Shown one piece after another: positions 52,316 to 63,461 of a stretch of 64,000 nucleotides of DNA. Numbering within the stretch: position 1 is the first letter of the stretch; each line of letters begins with the position of its first letter. Source of the stretch: an uncultured Gammaproteobacteria bacterium (GTDB lineage: Bacteria > Patescibacteriota > Patescibacteriia > 2-12-FULL-57-11); NCBI GenBank assembly GCA_964648865.1, contig CAZYLV010000004.1, positions 2,740-66,739 on the forward strand, in the 5' to 3' direction. The notes under the pieces are model-generated. The model saw nothing but the letters and a program-made list of their open reading frames with translations, had not been told where the DNA came from and ran no database searches. The position numbers and the translations under genes were made by a program.

Positions 52316-52316
52316 A

Positions 52317-52979
52317 TCAGCTGCGGCTGAAGAGGTAGAACGCGGTGGACTCCTGCGGCAGGTCCTTGCGCGCGAGCTTGAGCTTCTCGACCTTCTCCGG
52401 CGTGCCGCCGATCTCGCGGAAGAACTTCTCCGGCGCGTCGAGCTTCATGGCGATGTCCTTGTCCGCGAAATGCATGGGGATGACCACGCGCGGCTCGAGC
52501 CGGTTGACGATCTCCACGGCCTCGGCGGCGCCGATGGTCGAACCCTGCCCGCCGACCGGCACGAAGAGCACGTCGATGTCCTCGAGCCGCGAGAGTTCGG
52601 TGTCGGTCAACGGATGGCCGATGTCGCCCAGATGCGCCAGGGAAAGGTCGCCGATCTCGAAGCGGAAGAGGGTATTGGGCCCTTCCTTCTTGCCTTTGGG
52701 CGCGCCGTGCCGCGAGGGGATGCCGTAGACGAAGATCTCCTTCACCTCGTACTCGCCCGGACCGCGGATGATGAACGGCTCCCCGCCGACGAGCTCGGCC
52801 GCGCTATGGGCGAGGTGCTCGTGGGAGAGCGTCACGAGGTCCCCGGCAAGTCCACGCGGCAGCTTGACCCCCATGTCGTGCGGGAAGGGATCGGTGACGA
52901 TGGCCACCTCGTCCGTCTCGGTCTTCGCCAGGATACGGAAGCAGGAAAGCCCGTGCCAGGTGATCGTCAGGGAGGCCAT
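52317..52979 (-). CDS. MBL-fold metallo-hydrolase (Lactamase_B_3-like)
   Basis: WHGLSCF, DPF, PGEYEV, HLGD and IPMH motifs. Confidence 0.88.
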   Translation of the reverse strand: MASLTITWHGLSCFRILAKTETDEVAIVTDPFPHDMGVKLPRGLAGDLVTLSHEHLAHSAAELVGGEPFIIRGPGEYEVKEIFVYGIPSRHGAPKGKKEGPNTLFRFEIGDLSLAHLGDIGHPLTDTELSRLEDIDVLFVPVGGQGSTIGAAEAVEIVNRLEPRVVIPMHFADKDIAMKLDAPEKFFREIGGTPEKVEKLKLARKDLPQESTAFYLFSRS

Positions 52980-53038
52980 ACAAAAAAAGGCGATCGGAAC
53001 GCCCGTACTGTACCAGCCGAGGTGCCGGAAATCAATGG

Positions 53039-53725
53039 CTATTCGAAGAGCTCGATGACGCCCTGGTAATACTCGATCTCGCCCAAAACGTCCTCCCGCG
53101 TCACGTCATGCTCGACCCCGGACCAGCCCTCCTCGAAGGCCTTGATCTTGCCGCGGATCTCCGGCCCCCACTTCTCGGAGCGCTCGGCCATGGCGGCCAG
53201 GACGGCGATCTTGCTTTCGATCTCCTTCTGCTCGGCCTTGTAGCGTTCGATGTGCAGGTCGCACTCCCCGCTCTTCTCGCCCAGGCACATCTCCTGGATC
53301 TCGCGGGAGACGCGGTCGTGCACGGCGAGCTTGGCCTCGACCACCGCGGCGCGCTCGTCCGGCGAGAAGAAGACCTCGAAGAGCGCCCCGCCCTGGCGGA
53401 CGTCTTCGACGCGGCCGCCCTTGGCCAGGAAGTTGAGGTACTTCTCCTTGAGCCCGCGACGCGCAAGCTCCTCCTGGAGATAGCGGTCCTCGCGCACCCG
53501 ACCTTCGGCGTCGTGGATACGCGCGAAGGCGCGACGGAACGGCCAGATCTCCTTGCCGAAGGCGACGATGTGCCGTTCGATCTCGGCCACGGGGGTCGCG
53601 TCGTCCGCGGCGAGCCGCTCCACTTCGGCGAGCATCGCGGCGCGCCGCGCCGCATCGAAGAACGCCGGGGCCTTTTCGACGGAGAAGCGCAGCAGGTCCA
53701 GGGTGTGTTGGAAGGGGTGCGGCAT
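53039..53725 (-). CDS. Hypothetical helical protein
   Basis: 228 aa from MPHPFQ; typical codon usage. Confidence 0.7.
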   Translation of the reverse strand: MPHPFQHTLDLLRFSVEKAPAFFDAARRAAMLAEVERLAADDATPVAEIERHIVAFGKEIWPFRRAFARIHDAEGRVREDRYLQEELARRGLKEKYLNFLAKGGRVEDVRQGGALFEVFFSPDERAAVVEAKLAVHDRVSREIQEMCLGEKSGECDLHIERYKAEQKEIESKIAVLAAMAERSEKWGPEIRGKIKAFEEGWSGVEHDVTREDVLGEIEYYQGVIELFE

Positions 53726-53726
53726 A

Positions 53727-54302
53727 TCAGTCCTCGCCGAACATGTCGACGGCCTCCGGCTGCGGGCGTTCCGGCGCCGCGGCGGGCGCGGACGGCCCGC
53801 GTTCCACGCGGTCCGCGCCGGAGAACCCGCCGAGGGCGCCGCCGCCTGGGCGCGACGCCTCGCGCGCCGCCTGGCCGATGGCGCGCCCGCCGACCGCCGG
53901 GGCCTGGGCGCGGTGCGCGGACGGCTCCTCCTTTTTGGCGGCGGGACCGCGCGCGAGCGCCTTGGTGATCTCGGCCTTCTTCTTCTCTTCCTCGACCATC
54001 CGCTCACGCATGGTGAGCATCTTGCGGGCGGCCACGACCTTCGGGTCCGGCCCCTTGGCGGCCGATGCCTCCTTGATCTGCCGATCGAACCCGGCGGCCG
54101 TGGTGTGGCGCGACGAGGCCTTGAAGAGGCCCTCGTCCTTCATCTTCTTGAGGAACTTCTGCGCCTGGTAGCCTTTGACGCTGCCGCTGTGGGCCGGATT
54201 GATGCCAGCCTTGCGCATCAGGGAATCGACCATGCCGCGCTTGGCGCTGGTCAGGTTCTTCTGCACCACGGTCTTGAGCGCCTTGCGGGAGACGTCGGAC
54301 AT
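53727..54302 (-). CDS. Hypothetical basic protein
   Basis: 191 aa, Lys-rich; TATAAT 8 nt upstream of ATG. Confidence 0.65.
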   Translation of the reverse strand: MSDVSRKALKTVVQKNLTSAKRGMVDSLMRKAGINPAHSGSVKGYQAQKFLKKMKDEGLFKASSRHTTAAGFDRQIKEASAAKGPDPKVVAARKMLTMRERMVEEEKKKAEITKALARGPAAKKEEPSAHRAQAPAVGGRAIGQAAREASRPGGGALGGFSGADRVERGPSAPAAAPERPQPEAVDMFGED

Positions 54303-54443
54303 ACGTACCTATTATATACGTCCGCGCCCGCGGCCTGTAGGGGCTTGCCAATATCGGGCCGTTCGGCTACATTCCCGGCACCTCATATCCACCCCTCCGG
54401 GGGACTTGGTGGCGGAAAAGCCCCAGGTTAAGAGACGTTTCCC

Positions 54444-55583
54444 ATGTCAGACGCAACGCAGACCAAAGCCCCGATGACCGAATTCGAGCGCCTCCTCGAG
54501 GAGAGCGGCATGACCGCCATCCCCAAGGTCGGCGACGTGGTCACGGGCACGGTCATTTCCTTCGCCAAGAACGAGGTCCGCATCGACATCCCCAGCTTCA
54601 AGACCGGCGTCGTGCGCGGCCGCGAGATCTTCTCCGAATCCGCCGAGGTCGCCGCGCTCAAGCCCGGCGATGAGGTCGAGGCCACGGTGCTGGCGCTCGA
54701 GAACGAGCACGGCAACCTGGAGCTGTCCTTCCGCTCGGCCGGCCACCGCAAGGCCTGGGACGCCATCCTCACCGCCCACAAGGCCGGTGCGGCGCTCGAG
54801 GTGACCATCGTCGAGGCCAACAAGGGCGGCCTCATGGTCCGGGTCAACCACATGATGGGCTTCCTGCCGGTCTCGCAGCTGGCGCCGGAGCACTACCCGC
54901 GCGTCACCGGCGGCGACAAGTCCAAGATCCTCGAGAAGCTCAAGTCCTTCGTCGGCCAGAGCCTCAAGGTGAAGGTGCTCGACGCCAACGAGGCCAACGA
55001 GAAGCTGATCGTCTCGGAGAAGGCCGTCTGGGAAGACGAGCAGGCCGCGGTCATCGCCAAGTACAAGATCGGCGACACCGTCACCGGCACGGTCACCGCG
55101 CTCACGGACTTCGGTGCCTTCGTGAAGTTCGACACGCTCGAGGGCCTGGTCCACATCTCGGAGATCGCCTGGCAGCGCATCGACCACCCGCGCGACGTCC
55201 TCCAGGTCGGCCAGGAGGTCACGTGCCAGGTCATCGGCATCCAGGGCTCCAAGATCTTCCTCTCCATGAAGAAGCTCGTCGACGACCCCTGGAAGAACGT
55301 CGGCGACAAGTACCACGTCGGCCAGATCGTGCGCGGCAAGATCATCAAGGCCAATCCCTTCGGCTTCTTCGTGGAGCTGGACCCGGACATCCACGGGCTG
55401 GCCCACGTCAGCGAACTCTCGCACAAGCCGGTCAAGGATCCGCTCGAGGTCGCCAAGGTCGGCGAGGAGAAGACCTTCAAGATCGTCTCCATCGAGCCGG
55501 AGAGCCATCGGCTCGGCCTCTCCCTGAAGGCGCTCGAGGAAGCGCCCAAGGCCGAAGAGAAGACCGAGGCCGCCGCGGCCTGA
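54444..55583 (+). CDS. rpsA: 30S ribosomal protein S1 (four S1 domains)
   Basis: Repeated S1 motifs NKGGL, FGAFV and GLVHISEI. Confidence 0.93.
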   Translation: MSDATQTKAPMTEFERLLEESGMTAIPKVGDVVTGTVISFAKNEVRIDIPSFKTGVVRGREIFSESAEVAALKPGDEVEATVLALENEHGNLELSFRSAGHRKAWDAILTAHKAGAALEVTIVEANKGGLMVRVNHMMGFLPVSQLAPEHYPRVTGGDKSKILEKLKSFVGQSLKVKVLDANEANEKLIVSEKAVWEDEQAAVIAKYKIGDTVTGTVTALTDFGAFVKFDTLEGLVHISEIAWQRIDHPRDVLQVGQEVTCQVIGIQGSKIFLSMKKLVDDPWKNVGDKYHVGQIVRGKIIKANPFGFFVELDPDIHGLAHVSELSHKPVKDPLEVAKVGEEKTFKIVSIEPESHRLGLSLKALEEAPKAEEKTEAAAA

Positions 55584-55588
55584 GTCCC

Positions 55589-55619
55589 AAACCGCTCCCG
55601 CATCCGCGGGGGCGGTTTT
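55589..55619 (+). terminator. Intrinsic terminator
   Basis: AAACCGCTCCCGC-ATCC-GCGGGGGCGGTTTT. Confidence 0.65.
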
Positions 55620-55676
55620 GCGTCTCGGGCGGTTGCCCGCGCGGCCCGGAACCCTCTATACTTCCAGAGGAAACCT

Positions 55677-57584
55677 ATGAAAATCTCCCGACAGCTCATC
55701 ATCTTCCTGGTCCTGCTCGCCGTCTTCGTCGGGCTCCTCTCGACCATGTCGCTCGACCTCACCGGTGTGGCCAAGGTGGACCTGCCGACCGTCGCCCGCC
55801 ACATCGAGGAAGGCAAGGTCCGGAAGATCGAGATCGACGGCGACGCGGTGCTCATCGAGCTCACCGACGGCCGCAAGGAACGCAGCATCAAGGAGGCGCA
55901 GGACAGCTTCGCCGCGCAGATGGCCTCCTTCGGCATCTCGGCCGAGGAGCTCTCGAGCGTGGCCGTTGAAGTGAAGGAGATCTCCCCGGTGACGCTGTGG
56001 GTCGGGACGCTCTTGCCCATCATCCTGCCGCTCCTCATCATCGCCGGCTTCATCATGTTCATGATGCGGCAGGTGCAGGGCGCCAACACGCGGGCCATGA
56101 CCTTCGGCCAGAGCGGCGCACGCGAGATCCCCAAGGACACCAAGGACCGCATCACCTTCAAGGACGTGGCCGGCGTCAAGGAAGCCAAGGAGGAGCTCAC
56201 CGAGATCGTCGAGTTCCTCAAGTCGCCCAAGAAGTTCGCCGTGCTCGGCGCCAAGATCCCCAAAGGCGTGCTGCTCATGGGCTCGCCCGGCACCGGCAAG
56301 ACGTTGCTCGCCCGCGCCGTGGCCGGCGAGGCCAACGTGCCTTTCTTCCACATCTCCGGCTCGGAGTTCGTGGAGATGTTCGTCGGCGTCGGCGCGGCCC
56401 GCGTGCGCGACCTCTTCACCCGGGCCAAGAAGCACGCGCCGTGCATCGTCTTCATCGACGAGATCGACGCCGTCGGCCGCCAGCGCGGCGCGGGCCTCGG
56501 CGGTTCCCACGACGAGCGCGAGCAGACCCTGAACCAGATCCTGGTGGAGATGGACGGCTTCGAGCCCAACCAGGGCGTCATCGTGATGGCCGCCACCAAC
56601 CGCCCGGACGTCCTCGACCCGGCGCTGCTGCGCCCCGGCCGCTTCGACCGCCGGGTGACGCTCGATCCCCCGGACATCCAGGCCCGCGAAGCCATCCTCA
56701 AGATCCACGCCCGGGGCAAGCCGCTCGCCGATGACGTCGACCTGCGCAAGATCGCCGAGCGCACGCCCGGCTTCACCGGCGCCGACCTCCAGAACCTGCT
56801 CAACGAGGCCGCCATCCTGGCGGCGCGGCAGAACAAGCGCATCGTCGGCATGGGCGAGATCCTGCCGTCGATCGAGAAGGTCCTGCTCGGTCCGGAGCGC
56901 AAGAGCCACATCCTCACGGAGCGCGAACGGCTCGTGACGGCATACCATGAGGGCGGACACGCGCTCGTGGCCCACGAGCTCAGCCATACCGATCCGGTGC
57001 GCAAGATCTCCATCGTCTCCCGCGGCATGGCCGCCGGCTACACCCTCAAGCTCCCCACCGAGGACCGCCAGATGCGCACCCGCGCGGAGTTCCTCGACGA
57101 CATCGCGGTGGCGCTCGGCGGGTACGTGGCCGAGCGGCAGGTCTTCGGCGACCTCACGACCGGTTCCTCCAACGATATCAAGAACGCCAACCGCATGGCA
57201 CGCGCGCTCGTCACCCGCTACGGCATGAGCGACGCGCTCGGTCCGCGGACCTTCGGCGAACAGGAGGAGATGATCTTCCTCGGCAAGCAGATCAGCGAGG
57301 TGCGCGACTACTCCGACAAGACCGCGCAGCTCGTGGACGAGGAGATCGCCCGCATCGTCACCGAGGCCATGAAGGTCGCCGAGGGCATCCTCAAGAAGAA
57401 ACGCGCCAAGCTCGACGAGATCGCCGACCTGCTGCTCGAGAAGGAGACCATCGAGCAGGAGGAGTTCGAGGCGCTCTTCGAGGAACATCCCCACCTCACC
57501 AGGCCCACGGTCGAGATCCCGTCGGCGGCGCGCCCCGCCAAAGGCCCGGGCCCGGCGCTCAAGCCCAAAGAAGCCGCAGCGTAA
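55677..57584 (+). CDS. ftsH: ATP-dependent zinc metalloprotease FtsH
   Basis: Two TMs; [22 protein letters not shown] and HEGGH motifs. Confidence 0.97.
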   Translation: MKISRQLIIFLVLLAVFVGLLSTMSLDLTGVAKVDLPTVARHIEEGKVRKIEIDGDAVLIELTDGRKERSIKEAQDSFAAQMASFGISAEELSSVAVEVKEISPVTLWVGTLLPIILPLLIIAGFIMFMMRQVQGANTRAMTFGQSGAREIPKDTKDRITFKDVAGVKEAKEELTEIVEFLKSPKKFAVLGAKIPKGVLLMGSPGTGKTLLARAVAGEANVPFFHISGSEFVEMFVGVGAARVRDLFTRAKKHAPCIVFIDEIDAVGRQRGAGLGGSHDEREQTLNQILVEMDGFEPNQGVIVMAATNRPDVLDPALLRPGRFDRRVTLDPPDIQAREAILKIHARGKPLADDVDLRKIAERTPGFTGADLQNLLNEAAILAARQNKRIVGMGEILPSIEKVLLGPERKSHILTERERLVTAYHEGGHALVAHELSHTDPVRKISIVSRGMAAGYTLKLPTEDRQMRTRAEFLDDIAVALGGYVAERQVFGDLTTGSSNDIKNANRMARALVTRYGMSDALGPRTFGEQEEMIFLGKQISEVRDYSDKTAQLVDEEIARIVTEAMKVAEGILKKKRAKLDEIADLLLEKETIEQEEFEALFEEHPHLTRPTVEIPSAARPAKGPGPALKPKEAAA

Positions 57585-57600
57585 CCCATAACCAGGAGGT

Positions 57601-58608
57601 ATGCCCAAGAACGAACAGACGCTGTATCGCCACGTGCTCGCCGACGCCTGGAAGCTCGCCTGGCGACGGCGCGGCCTCTGGCCCTTCGCCTTCTTCGCCT
57701 CGCTGGCGGCGACCGGCGGCATCGTCGACGTGATCCTGCGCAGCGGCGACGACATCTTCCGGGCCGAGGTGGCCCGCCTGGCGGGGGCGCCCGCCGCATC
57801 CGTGGCGCAGATGCTGCGGCTGGTCGGCCCCACGGTGCTCTCCGCGCCCCCCGGCTGGCTCGTGCTCTCCGCCGTCCTCGGGATGCTGGTGGTGGCCGCC
57901 CTCGTCTGGGTGGCGCTGGTCTGCCAAGGCGCGCTCATCGCCGGCATCTCCGCCGACGAGCTGAAGACCGACTCGCGCAAGGCGCTCGGCCGCGGCATCG
58001 CCGCCTTCTGGCCGCTCTTCGGCATCAACGTCATCTACCGCGTGCTCATCGCGGCGACGGTCTTCGCCACGGCCGTGCCCTTCGCCGCCGCGCTCGAGCG
58101 CAGCGCGCCGGGGACCATGCTGCTGTACCTGCTGACCTACGTGGCATTCGTGCTCGTGGGCACCATGCTCGCCATCATCGCCGTCTTCACGGCCGTCGAC
58201 GTCACGGCCTCCGGTTCGTCGCTCTGGCACGCCGCCAAGAACGCGGCGCGCACCTTCGGCCGCCACTGGGTGATCTCGCTCGAGGCGGCGCTGGTGGTCT
58301 TCGGCATCGACGTCCTGGCAGGCGTGGCGCTCCTCATCGGCGCGACGCTGCTCTCCGTGCCGCTCGTGCTCTTCCTGCTCGTCATGCGGGCCATCGGCAC
58401 GGCCGCCGGCATGTGGGTCTTCCTCACGGTCTTCCTGGCGCTGCTCTCCGGCTGGATCATCCTCTTGGCCTCCTTCGCCACGACGCTGCGCTACGCCGTC
58501 TGGACGCTGCTCTATGAGCGGCTGCAGTCCCGCTCCGTGACCGCCAAGATCGTCCGCGTCCTGCGCGCCATCCCGACCGTGTTCCGGGAGGCCGGCGCAC
58601 GCCGTTGA
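57601..58608 (+). CDS. Polytopic membrane protein
   Basis: Multiple TM helices; AGGAGG SD. Confidence 0.7.
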   Translation: MPKNEQTLYRHVLADAWKLAWRRRGLWPFAFFASLAATGGIVDVILRSGDDIFRAEVARLAGAPAASVAQMLRLVGPTVLSAPPGWLVLSAVLGMLVVAALVWVALVCQGALIAGISADELKTDSRKALGRGIAAFWPLFGINVIYRVLIAATVFATAVPFAAALERSAPGTMLLYLLTYVAFVLVGTMLAIIAVFTAVDVTASGSSLWHAAKNAARTFGRHWVISLEAALVVFGIDVLAGVALLIGATLLSVPLVLFLLVMRAIGTAAGMWVFLTVFLALLSGWIILLASFATTLRYAVWTLLYERLQSRSVTAKIVRVLRAIPTVFREAGARR

Positions 58609-58619
58609 TCCCCCGCCCC

Positions 58620-60323
58620 ATGGCCGACCAGACCCCCGCCCCGCACCTCCCAAAGATCGCCGAATCGGCCACCGCCGAGCGACTCGGCGAGAAGATGCAG
58701 GCCATCGAGCTGCGGGCCAAGGAACAGGAGGTCGCGGTCAAGGCGGCCTCGATGGGCGTCCCCTACATCGACCTGGTCGGGTTCGCCATCAGCCCGGAGG
58801 CGCTCTCGCTGGTGCCGCGCGAGCAGGCCGAGGCGCTCCAGGCCATCTGCTTCCTCTCGACCGGCGACGAGGTGCGCGTCGGCGCCGTGGACCCGGCGAC
58901 GCCCGAGGTCCAGGAGCTGCTCCACCAGGTGCGCGAGCGCGCCAACTCCAACGGCGCCGTCTACATGGTCTCGCCGCACAGCTTCAAGACGGCCGTGAAG
59001 CTCTACGACGCGCTCCCCAGGATCCGCAAGATCGTCAAGGGCGTGGAGATCTCCGAGGCCGACCTGGGACGCTTCGCCGGCGCCGGCGGCGACTTCACCA
59101 CGCTCCAGGCCGAGCTCAAGAAGGCCACGGTCACCGACGTCGTCACCATCATCATCGCCGCGGCCCTGAACGCCAACGCCTCGGACGTCCACGTCGAGGC
59201 CGAGGAGGGGGGCATCGCCGTGCGCTTCCGCCTCGACGGCATCCTCCACGATGTGGCCACGCTCGGGCGCGACCTCTGGCCCAAGGTGGCCAGCCGCATC
59301 AAGCTGCTCGCCGGGCTCAAGATCAACGTCACAGACCGCCCGCAGGACGGCCGCTTCACCATCTTCCTCACCAAGGACAAGATCGACGTCCGCGTCTCCA
59401 TGCTGCCGACCACCTGGGGCGAGTCCGTGGTGATGCGCCTCCTGCGCGCCTCGGGCGCCGGCAAGTCCGCGGACTTCCTGAACCTCGGCATCCGCGGCCG
59501 GGCCTTCGAGGAGCTCAAGAAGCAGGTCGAGCGGCCGAACGGCATGATCGTCACCACCGGCCCTACCGGCTCCGGCAAGACGACCACGCTCTACTCGGTG
59601 CTCAAGCACCTCAACTCGCCGGAGATGAAGATCATCACCCTCGAGGACCCGGTCGAGTACAAGCTCGAGGGCATCAACCAGTCGCAGATCGACCACAGCA
59701 AGGACTACACCTTCGCCAAGGGGCTGCGCTCCATCCTCCGCCAGGACCCGGACGTGGTCATGGTCGGCGAGATCCGCGACCTCGAGACCGCCGAGATCGC
59801 CATCCAGGCGGCGCTCACCGGCCACCTCGTGGTCTCGACCATCCACACCAACTCGGCCTCCGGCGCCATCCCCCGCTTCCTCTCGATGGGCGTGAAGCCC
59901 TTCCTGCTCGCGCCCGCGCTCAACGCCGTCATCGGCCAGCGGCTGGTGCGCCGCATCTGCCAGGAGTGTCTCGAAGAAGACCGGCTCGACGACGCCACCG
60001 TGGCGAGGGTCAAGAAGATCCTCGGCGCCATCCCCGAGGCATCCGGCGAGAAGGTCGACCTGGCGAAGCTGGCGTTCTGGAAGGGCGGCGGCTGCACGGC
60101 CTGCATGGGGCTCGGCTACAAGGGCCGCATCGGCATCTACGAGATCATGATCATGGACAAGGACATCGAGAAGGTCATCCTCTCGGAGAAGGTCTCGGAG
60201 TATGAGATGCAGGAGATCGCCGTCTCCAAGGGCATGGTCACCATGGTCCAGGACGGGCTCTTGAAGGCGCTCGACAAGATCACCTCGGTCGAGGAAGTCT
60301 TCCGCACGGCGAGCGAGGGTTAA
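58620..60323 (+). CDS. pilB: GspE/PilB family secretion/pilus assembly ATPase
   Basis: ASDVH, PQDGRF, GPTGSGKTTT, RQDPDVVMVGEIRD, CxxC zinc motifs and GYKGRIG. Confidence 0.9.
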   Translation: MADQTPAPHLPKIAESATAERLGEKMQAIELRAKEQEVAVKAASMGVPYIDLVGFAISPEALSLVPREQAEALQAICFLSTGDEVRVGAVDPATPEVQELLHQVRERANSNGAVYMVSPHSFKTAVKLYDALPRIRKIVKGVEISEADLGRFAGAGGDFTTLQAELKKATVTDVVTIIIAAALNANASDVHVEAEEGGIAVRFRLDGILHDVATLGRDLWPKVASRIKLLAGLKINVTDRPQDGRFTIFLTKDKIDVRVSMLPTTWGESVVMRLLRASGAGKSADFLNLGIRGRAFEELKKQVERPNGMIVTTGPTGSGKTTTLYSVLKHLNSPEMKIITLEDPVEYKLEGINQSQIDHSKDYTFAKGLRSILRQDPDVVMVGEIRDLETAEIAIQAALTGHLVVSTIHTNSASGAIPRFLSMGVKPFLLAPALNAVIGQRLVRRICQECLEEDRLDDATVARVKKILGAIPEASGEKVDLAKLAFWKGGGCTACMGLGYKGRIGIYEIMIMDKDIEKVILSEKVSEYEMQEIAVSKGMVTMVQDGLLKALDKITSVEEVFRTASEG

Positions 60324-60742
60324 ACCGCACGGACCGATCGCATCTTGCCGCGATGGCTGAACTCCAGCCATCGCGTGCGCTTTTCCGGGAGGAGATGCGC
60401 GACCTTCTCCGCCCACTCCACGACGACCACGGCGTTCTCGAGGACGAAGTAATCCGCGACCCCGAGTCCCAGGAACTCGGCGTCGGATTTCAGGCGATAG
60501 GCGTCGAGATGCACGAGCTGATGGATCCGCGGATGCGGCGCGGCGTGCACGTGCATGAGCGTGAAGGTGGGACTCGTGATCTTCTCGGCCACGCCCAGGT
60601 GCGCCGCGAGCCGCTGCACGAAGGCCGTCTTTCCTGCGCCGAGCGGCCCGGTGAGCGCGAGCGTCTCGCCGCCGCGCAGGTCGTGTGCCGCCTGCTGGGC
60701 GAAGGCATCGAGCTTGGCGAGCGTGGAGATGTCGAATCGCAT
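60320..60742 (-). CDS. tsaE: t6A biosynthesis ATPase TsaE
   Basis: GPLGAGKT, SPTFTL, HLDAYRL and VEW motifs. Confidence 0.93.
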   Translation of the reverse strand: MRFDISTLAKLDAFAQQAAHDLRGGETLALTGPLGAGKTAFVQRLAAHLGVAEKITSPTFTLMHVHAAPHPRIHQLVHLDAYRLKSDAEFLGLGVADYFVLENAVVVVEWAEKVAHLLPEKRTRWLEFSHRGKMRSVRAV

Positions 60743-60746
60743 GTTC

Positions 60747-60770
60747 GTAGGGGCGTGATTCATCACGCCC
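60747..60770 (+). repeat. GTAG-type REP
   Basis: Identical to 43475-43498; overlaps the tsaD stop codon. Confidence 0.85.
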
Positions 60771-61794
60771 GTCCGAGTTCCCAGCCGGAATCCGGCGCCA
60801 GCGTCAGCGGGTCGGCGAAACGCTTTTGCTTCAACGCGAAGTATCCGGCCGCGGCGATCATCGCGGCGTTGTCTGAGGTCCACGGCAGATCGGGCTCGGC
60901 ATAGCGCGCCCGCGGCAGGCGCTCGGCCACGGCCGCGGCAAGCAGCGTGCGCAGCCGCGTGTTGGCCGCGACGCCGCCGCCCAAGAGCACCGTCTTAGCA
61001 CGTGCTCTCTTGGCTGCGGCAATGGTCTTCGTCACGAGCACCTCGCAGACGGCTTCTTCGAACGACGCACAGAGGTCGGCGGGCTTGGGTTTCTTCCCCC
61101 GTGCTTCCAGGATGCCGCGCACCGCGGTCTTGAGCCCCGAGAAACTGAAATCGAAATCCCTAGAAGCGATCATCGGCCGCGGCAGCTTCACCGTGCGCGG
61201 ATCGCCTTTCCTCGCGAGTGCCGCGACGGCCGGTCCGCCCGGATACCCGAGCCCCAAGAGCTGCGCCACCTTGTCGAAGGCCTCGCCGGCGGCATCGTCG
61301 CGCGTCGCGCCGAGCAGCTCATACTGCCCGAGCCTCTTCACGCGCAACAGCTCGGTGTGTCCGCCGGAGACGATGAGCGCCACGGCGGGGAAAGCGATGC
61401 GCGGGTTGGTGAGCCAATTAGCGGCGATATGGCCCTCGATGTGGTTGACGGCCAGGAGGGGCACGGCGCGCCGTGCCCCTACAGACCAGAGCCAGGCCAA
61501 CGTACGGCCGACATCGACGCCGACACGAAGCGACGTGATGAGCCCGGGTCCGGCCGTCACGGCGATGGCGTCGGCCTTGGGGCGGCGCACGTCGCCGAGG
61601 AGCTTCTTCAGCACCGGGAAGATGGTCTCGGCGTGTTCCCGCGCCGCGACCTCCGGCACCACGCCGCCGTACTTCTTGTGGATCAGCACCTGGGAAGCGG
61701 TCAGCACCTTCTCCACACGGAACTTCCCACGCTCCGCCGTGAGGAGCGCGAGCGAGGTCTCGTCGCAGGAGGTTTCGATGCCCAGGATGCGCAT
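60763..61794 (-). CDS. tsaD: t6A threonylcarbamoyltransferase TsaD
   Basis: GIETSCDET, GGVVPEVAAREH, HIEGH, SGGHT, DAAGEAFDK and DNAAMIA motifs. Confidence 0.96.
   Translation of the reverse strand: MRILGIETSCDETSLALLTAERGKFRVEKVLTASQVLIHKKYGGVVPEVAAREHAETIFPVLKKLLGDVRRPKADAIAVTAGPGLITSLRVGVDVGRTLAWLWSVGARRAVPLLAVNHIEGHIAANWLTNPRIAFPAVALIVSGGHTELLRVKRLGQYELLGATRDDAAGEAFDKVAQLLGLGYPGGPAVAALARKGDPRTVKLPRPMIASRDFDFSFSGLKTAVRGILEARGKKPKPADLCASFEEAVCEVLVTKTIAAAKRARAKTVLLGGGVAANTRLRTLLAAAVAERLPRARYAEPDLPWTSDNAAMIAAAGYFALKQKRFADPLTLAPDSGWELGRA
61457..61482 (-). repeat. GTAG-type REP in-frame within tsaD
   Basis: GTAGGGGCACGGCGCGCCGTGCCCCT, encoding VGARRAVP. Confidence 0.75.
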
Positions 61795-61934
61795 GCAGGC
61801 GATTGTACGGGCGAAACGGGGGCGAGACAATACGCTTTTGTAGTCCCCGCACCCACACCAAAGAAAAGTGAGTGCGAGAGATTCGCCTTTGTTTAGAGCA
61901 AACTTTAACGCTTGTAGACAATGTAACTTAGTGA

Positions 61935-61963
61935 TTGACATTAGTTATGAGTGCATGTAAACT
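61935..61963 (+). promoter_or_regulatory. Sigma70-type promoter
   Basis: TTGACA-N17-TAAACT. Confidence 0.6.
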
Positions 61964-61985
61964 GCTACTTGCTAATGTCTAAGCT

Positions 61986-63461
61986 ATGGCACTAATCGAT
62001 CGAGAGGAGGTTCTGAAGGTGCTTCGCGGATTCAATCCTTGGTGGGCCACTGGGAAAATTCCCGACTCCTTTCTCAAAAAACTGAAGAGAACACCATACT
62101 TTGAGGTGGAAAAGATACTCGACGTCGCTGGACTAAAGAGAGCGATTGTTTTGTCCGGTCCCAGACGAGTTGGGAAGACGACGATTTTGTATCAAATCGC
62201 CAACTCGGCGATTTACGAAAGACGGATTCATCCGTCGCAGGTGCTCTATCTAACCCTTGAACATCCGGTGCTGAAGCTGATGCCTATCGACGAGATCCTC
62301 AACATTTACGACCAAGAGATTGCTCCGTCCGGCAAAGAAAAGTGGGTGCTCCTAGACGAGCTCCAATACATTGATGAGCCGACTAAATGGCTGAAGATTC
62401 TGGTCGACCAGCACCCCGACTGGAAAATTATCGTCACCGGATCGGCAAGCATAGTTTTTCGATCGAAGGACAAGGAGTCTGGAGTCGGACGGTGGGTTAC
62501 TGTTCTGGTACCACCGTTGTCCTTCTACGAGTACATCGCCCTGAGACATGAAGAGCATAAAAATAATGTTACACCTCCAGAGATTCCTGAGGATGTAAAC
62601 CCTCTAAACCTTGGCGCTCTCAATTCGCGCGACCGACAACAGCTACTAAGCCAACTCAAACCGCTAAAAAGAGAGTTCAATACCTATCTACTTCAGGGCG
62701 GCTTCCCCGACACGGCACTTCAAGAAGACCTTTCACTCGCACAACGGCTGCTCAGAGAAGACATCGTCGACAAGGTTCTAAAGAGAGACATGGCAGCGTT
62801 TTATGGTGTGAGGAAACTACAAGAACTGGAGCGCCTCTTCGTTTACCTTTGCATCCACAATGGCGAGGTCGTAAACGAGCAAACAATCAGCAATGAGCTT
62901 AACATCAGTCGTCCGACAGTATCGTCACTTCTGAGAAACCTTGAAGGGGCACACCTTATAAGGCCATTGAGCGGACTATCCCTAACAGGGAAGAAGGCGT
63001 TGAAGGGGCGTGTCAAATGGTACCTAACTGACCCATCAATCAGAAACGCGGTTCTCCTTAGGGGAACAGAAATGTTGAATGATCCACGGGATTTGGGGAT
63101 GGTCGTAGAATCAGTGGTAATTAACCAGTTGGCCACATACTCGTACCCCACCAGGCCTAGGCTTGGTTATTGGAAAGACAGGAAGGGTCGTGAGGTGGAC
63201 CTAATCATTGATGCACCGACAAAAAAACGTGTTGCGGTTGAGGTTAAGTATCGAGAGGATCCGAGAATCAGCTCTGACGATGGAATGACTAGATACCTTG
63301 AGGGCAATCCGGATGCCCAAGGCATTGTTGTTACTAAAGACGCTGAAGACTTTGAGACCCAGGCAGCAAATAACGGACAATGGTCTGTAACCTTAATCCC
63401 AGCATACGTCTTTCTCTATATCTTGGGGCATTTTGAACGCCGTAGACATAAGAAGGTTTGA
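61986..63461 (+). CDS. AAA_14/DUF4143-type ATP-binding protein with C-terminal PD-(D/E)XK-like motif (low-GC)
   Basis: NPWW, GPRRVGKTT, LDELQ, TGSAS, GGFP and REVDLII...VEVK motifs. Confidence 0.88.
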   Translation: MALIDREEVLKVLRGFNPWWATGKIPDSFLKKLKRTPYFEVEKILDVAGLKRAIVLSGPRRVGKTTILYQIANSAIYERRIHPSQVLYLTLEHPVLKLMPIDEILNIYDQEIAPSGKEKWVLLDELQYIDEPTKWLKILVDQHPDWKIIVTGSASIVFRSKDKESGVGRWVTVLVPPLSFYEYIALRHEEHKNNVTPPEIPEDVNPLNLGALNSRDRQQLLSQLKPLKREFNTYLLQGGFPDTALQEDLSLAQRLLREDIVDKVLKRDMAAFYGVRKLQELERLFVYLCIHNGEVVNEQTISNELNISRPTVSSLLRNLEGAHLIRPLSGLSLTGKKALKGRVKWYLTDPSIRNAVLLRGTEMLNDPRDLGMVVESVVINQLATYSYPTRPRLGYWKDRKGREVDLIIDAPTKKRVAVEVKYREDPRISSDDGMTRYLEGNPDAQGIVVTKDAEDFETQAANNGQWSVTLIPAYVFLYILGHFERRRHKKV

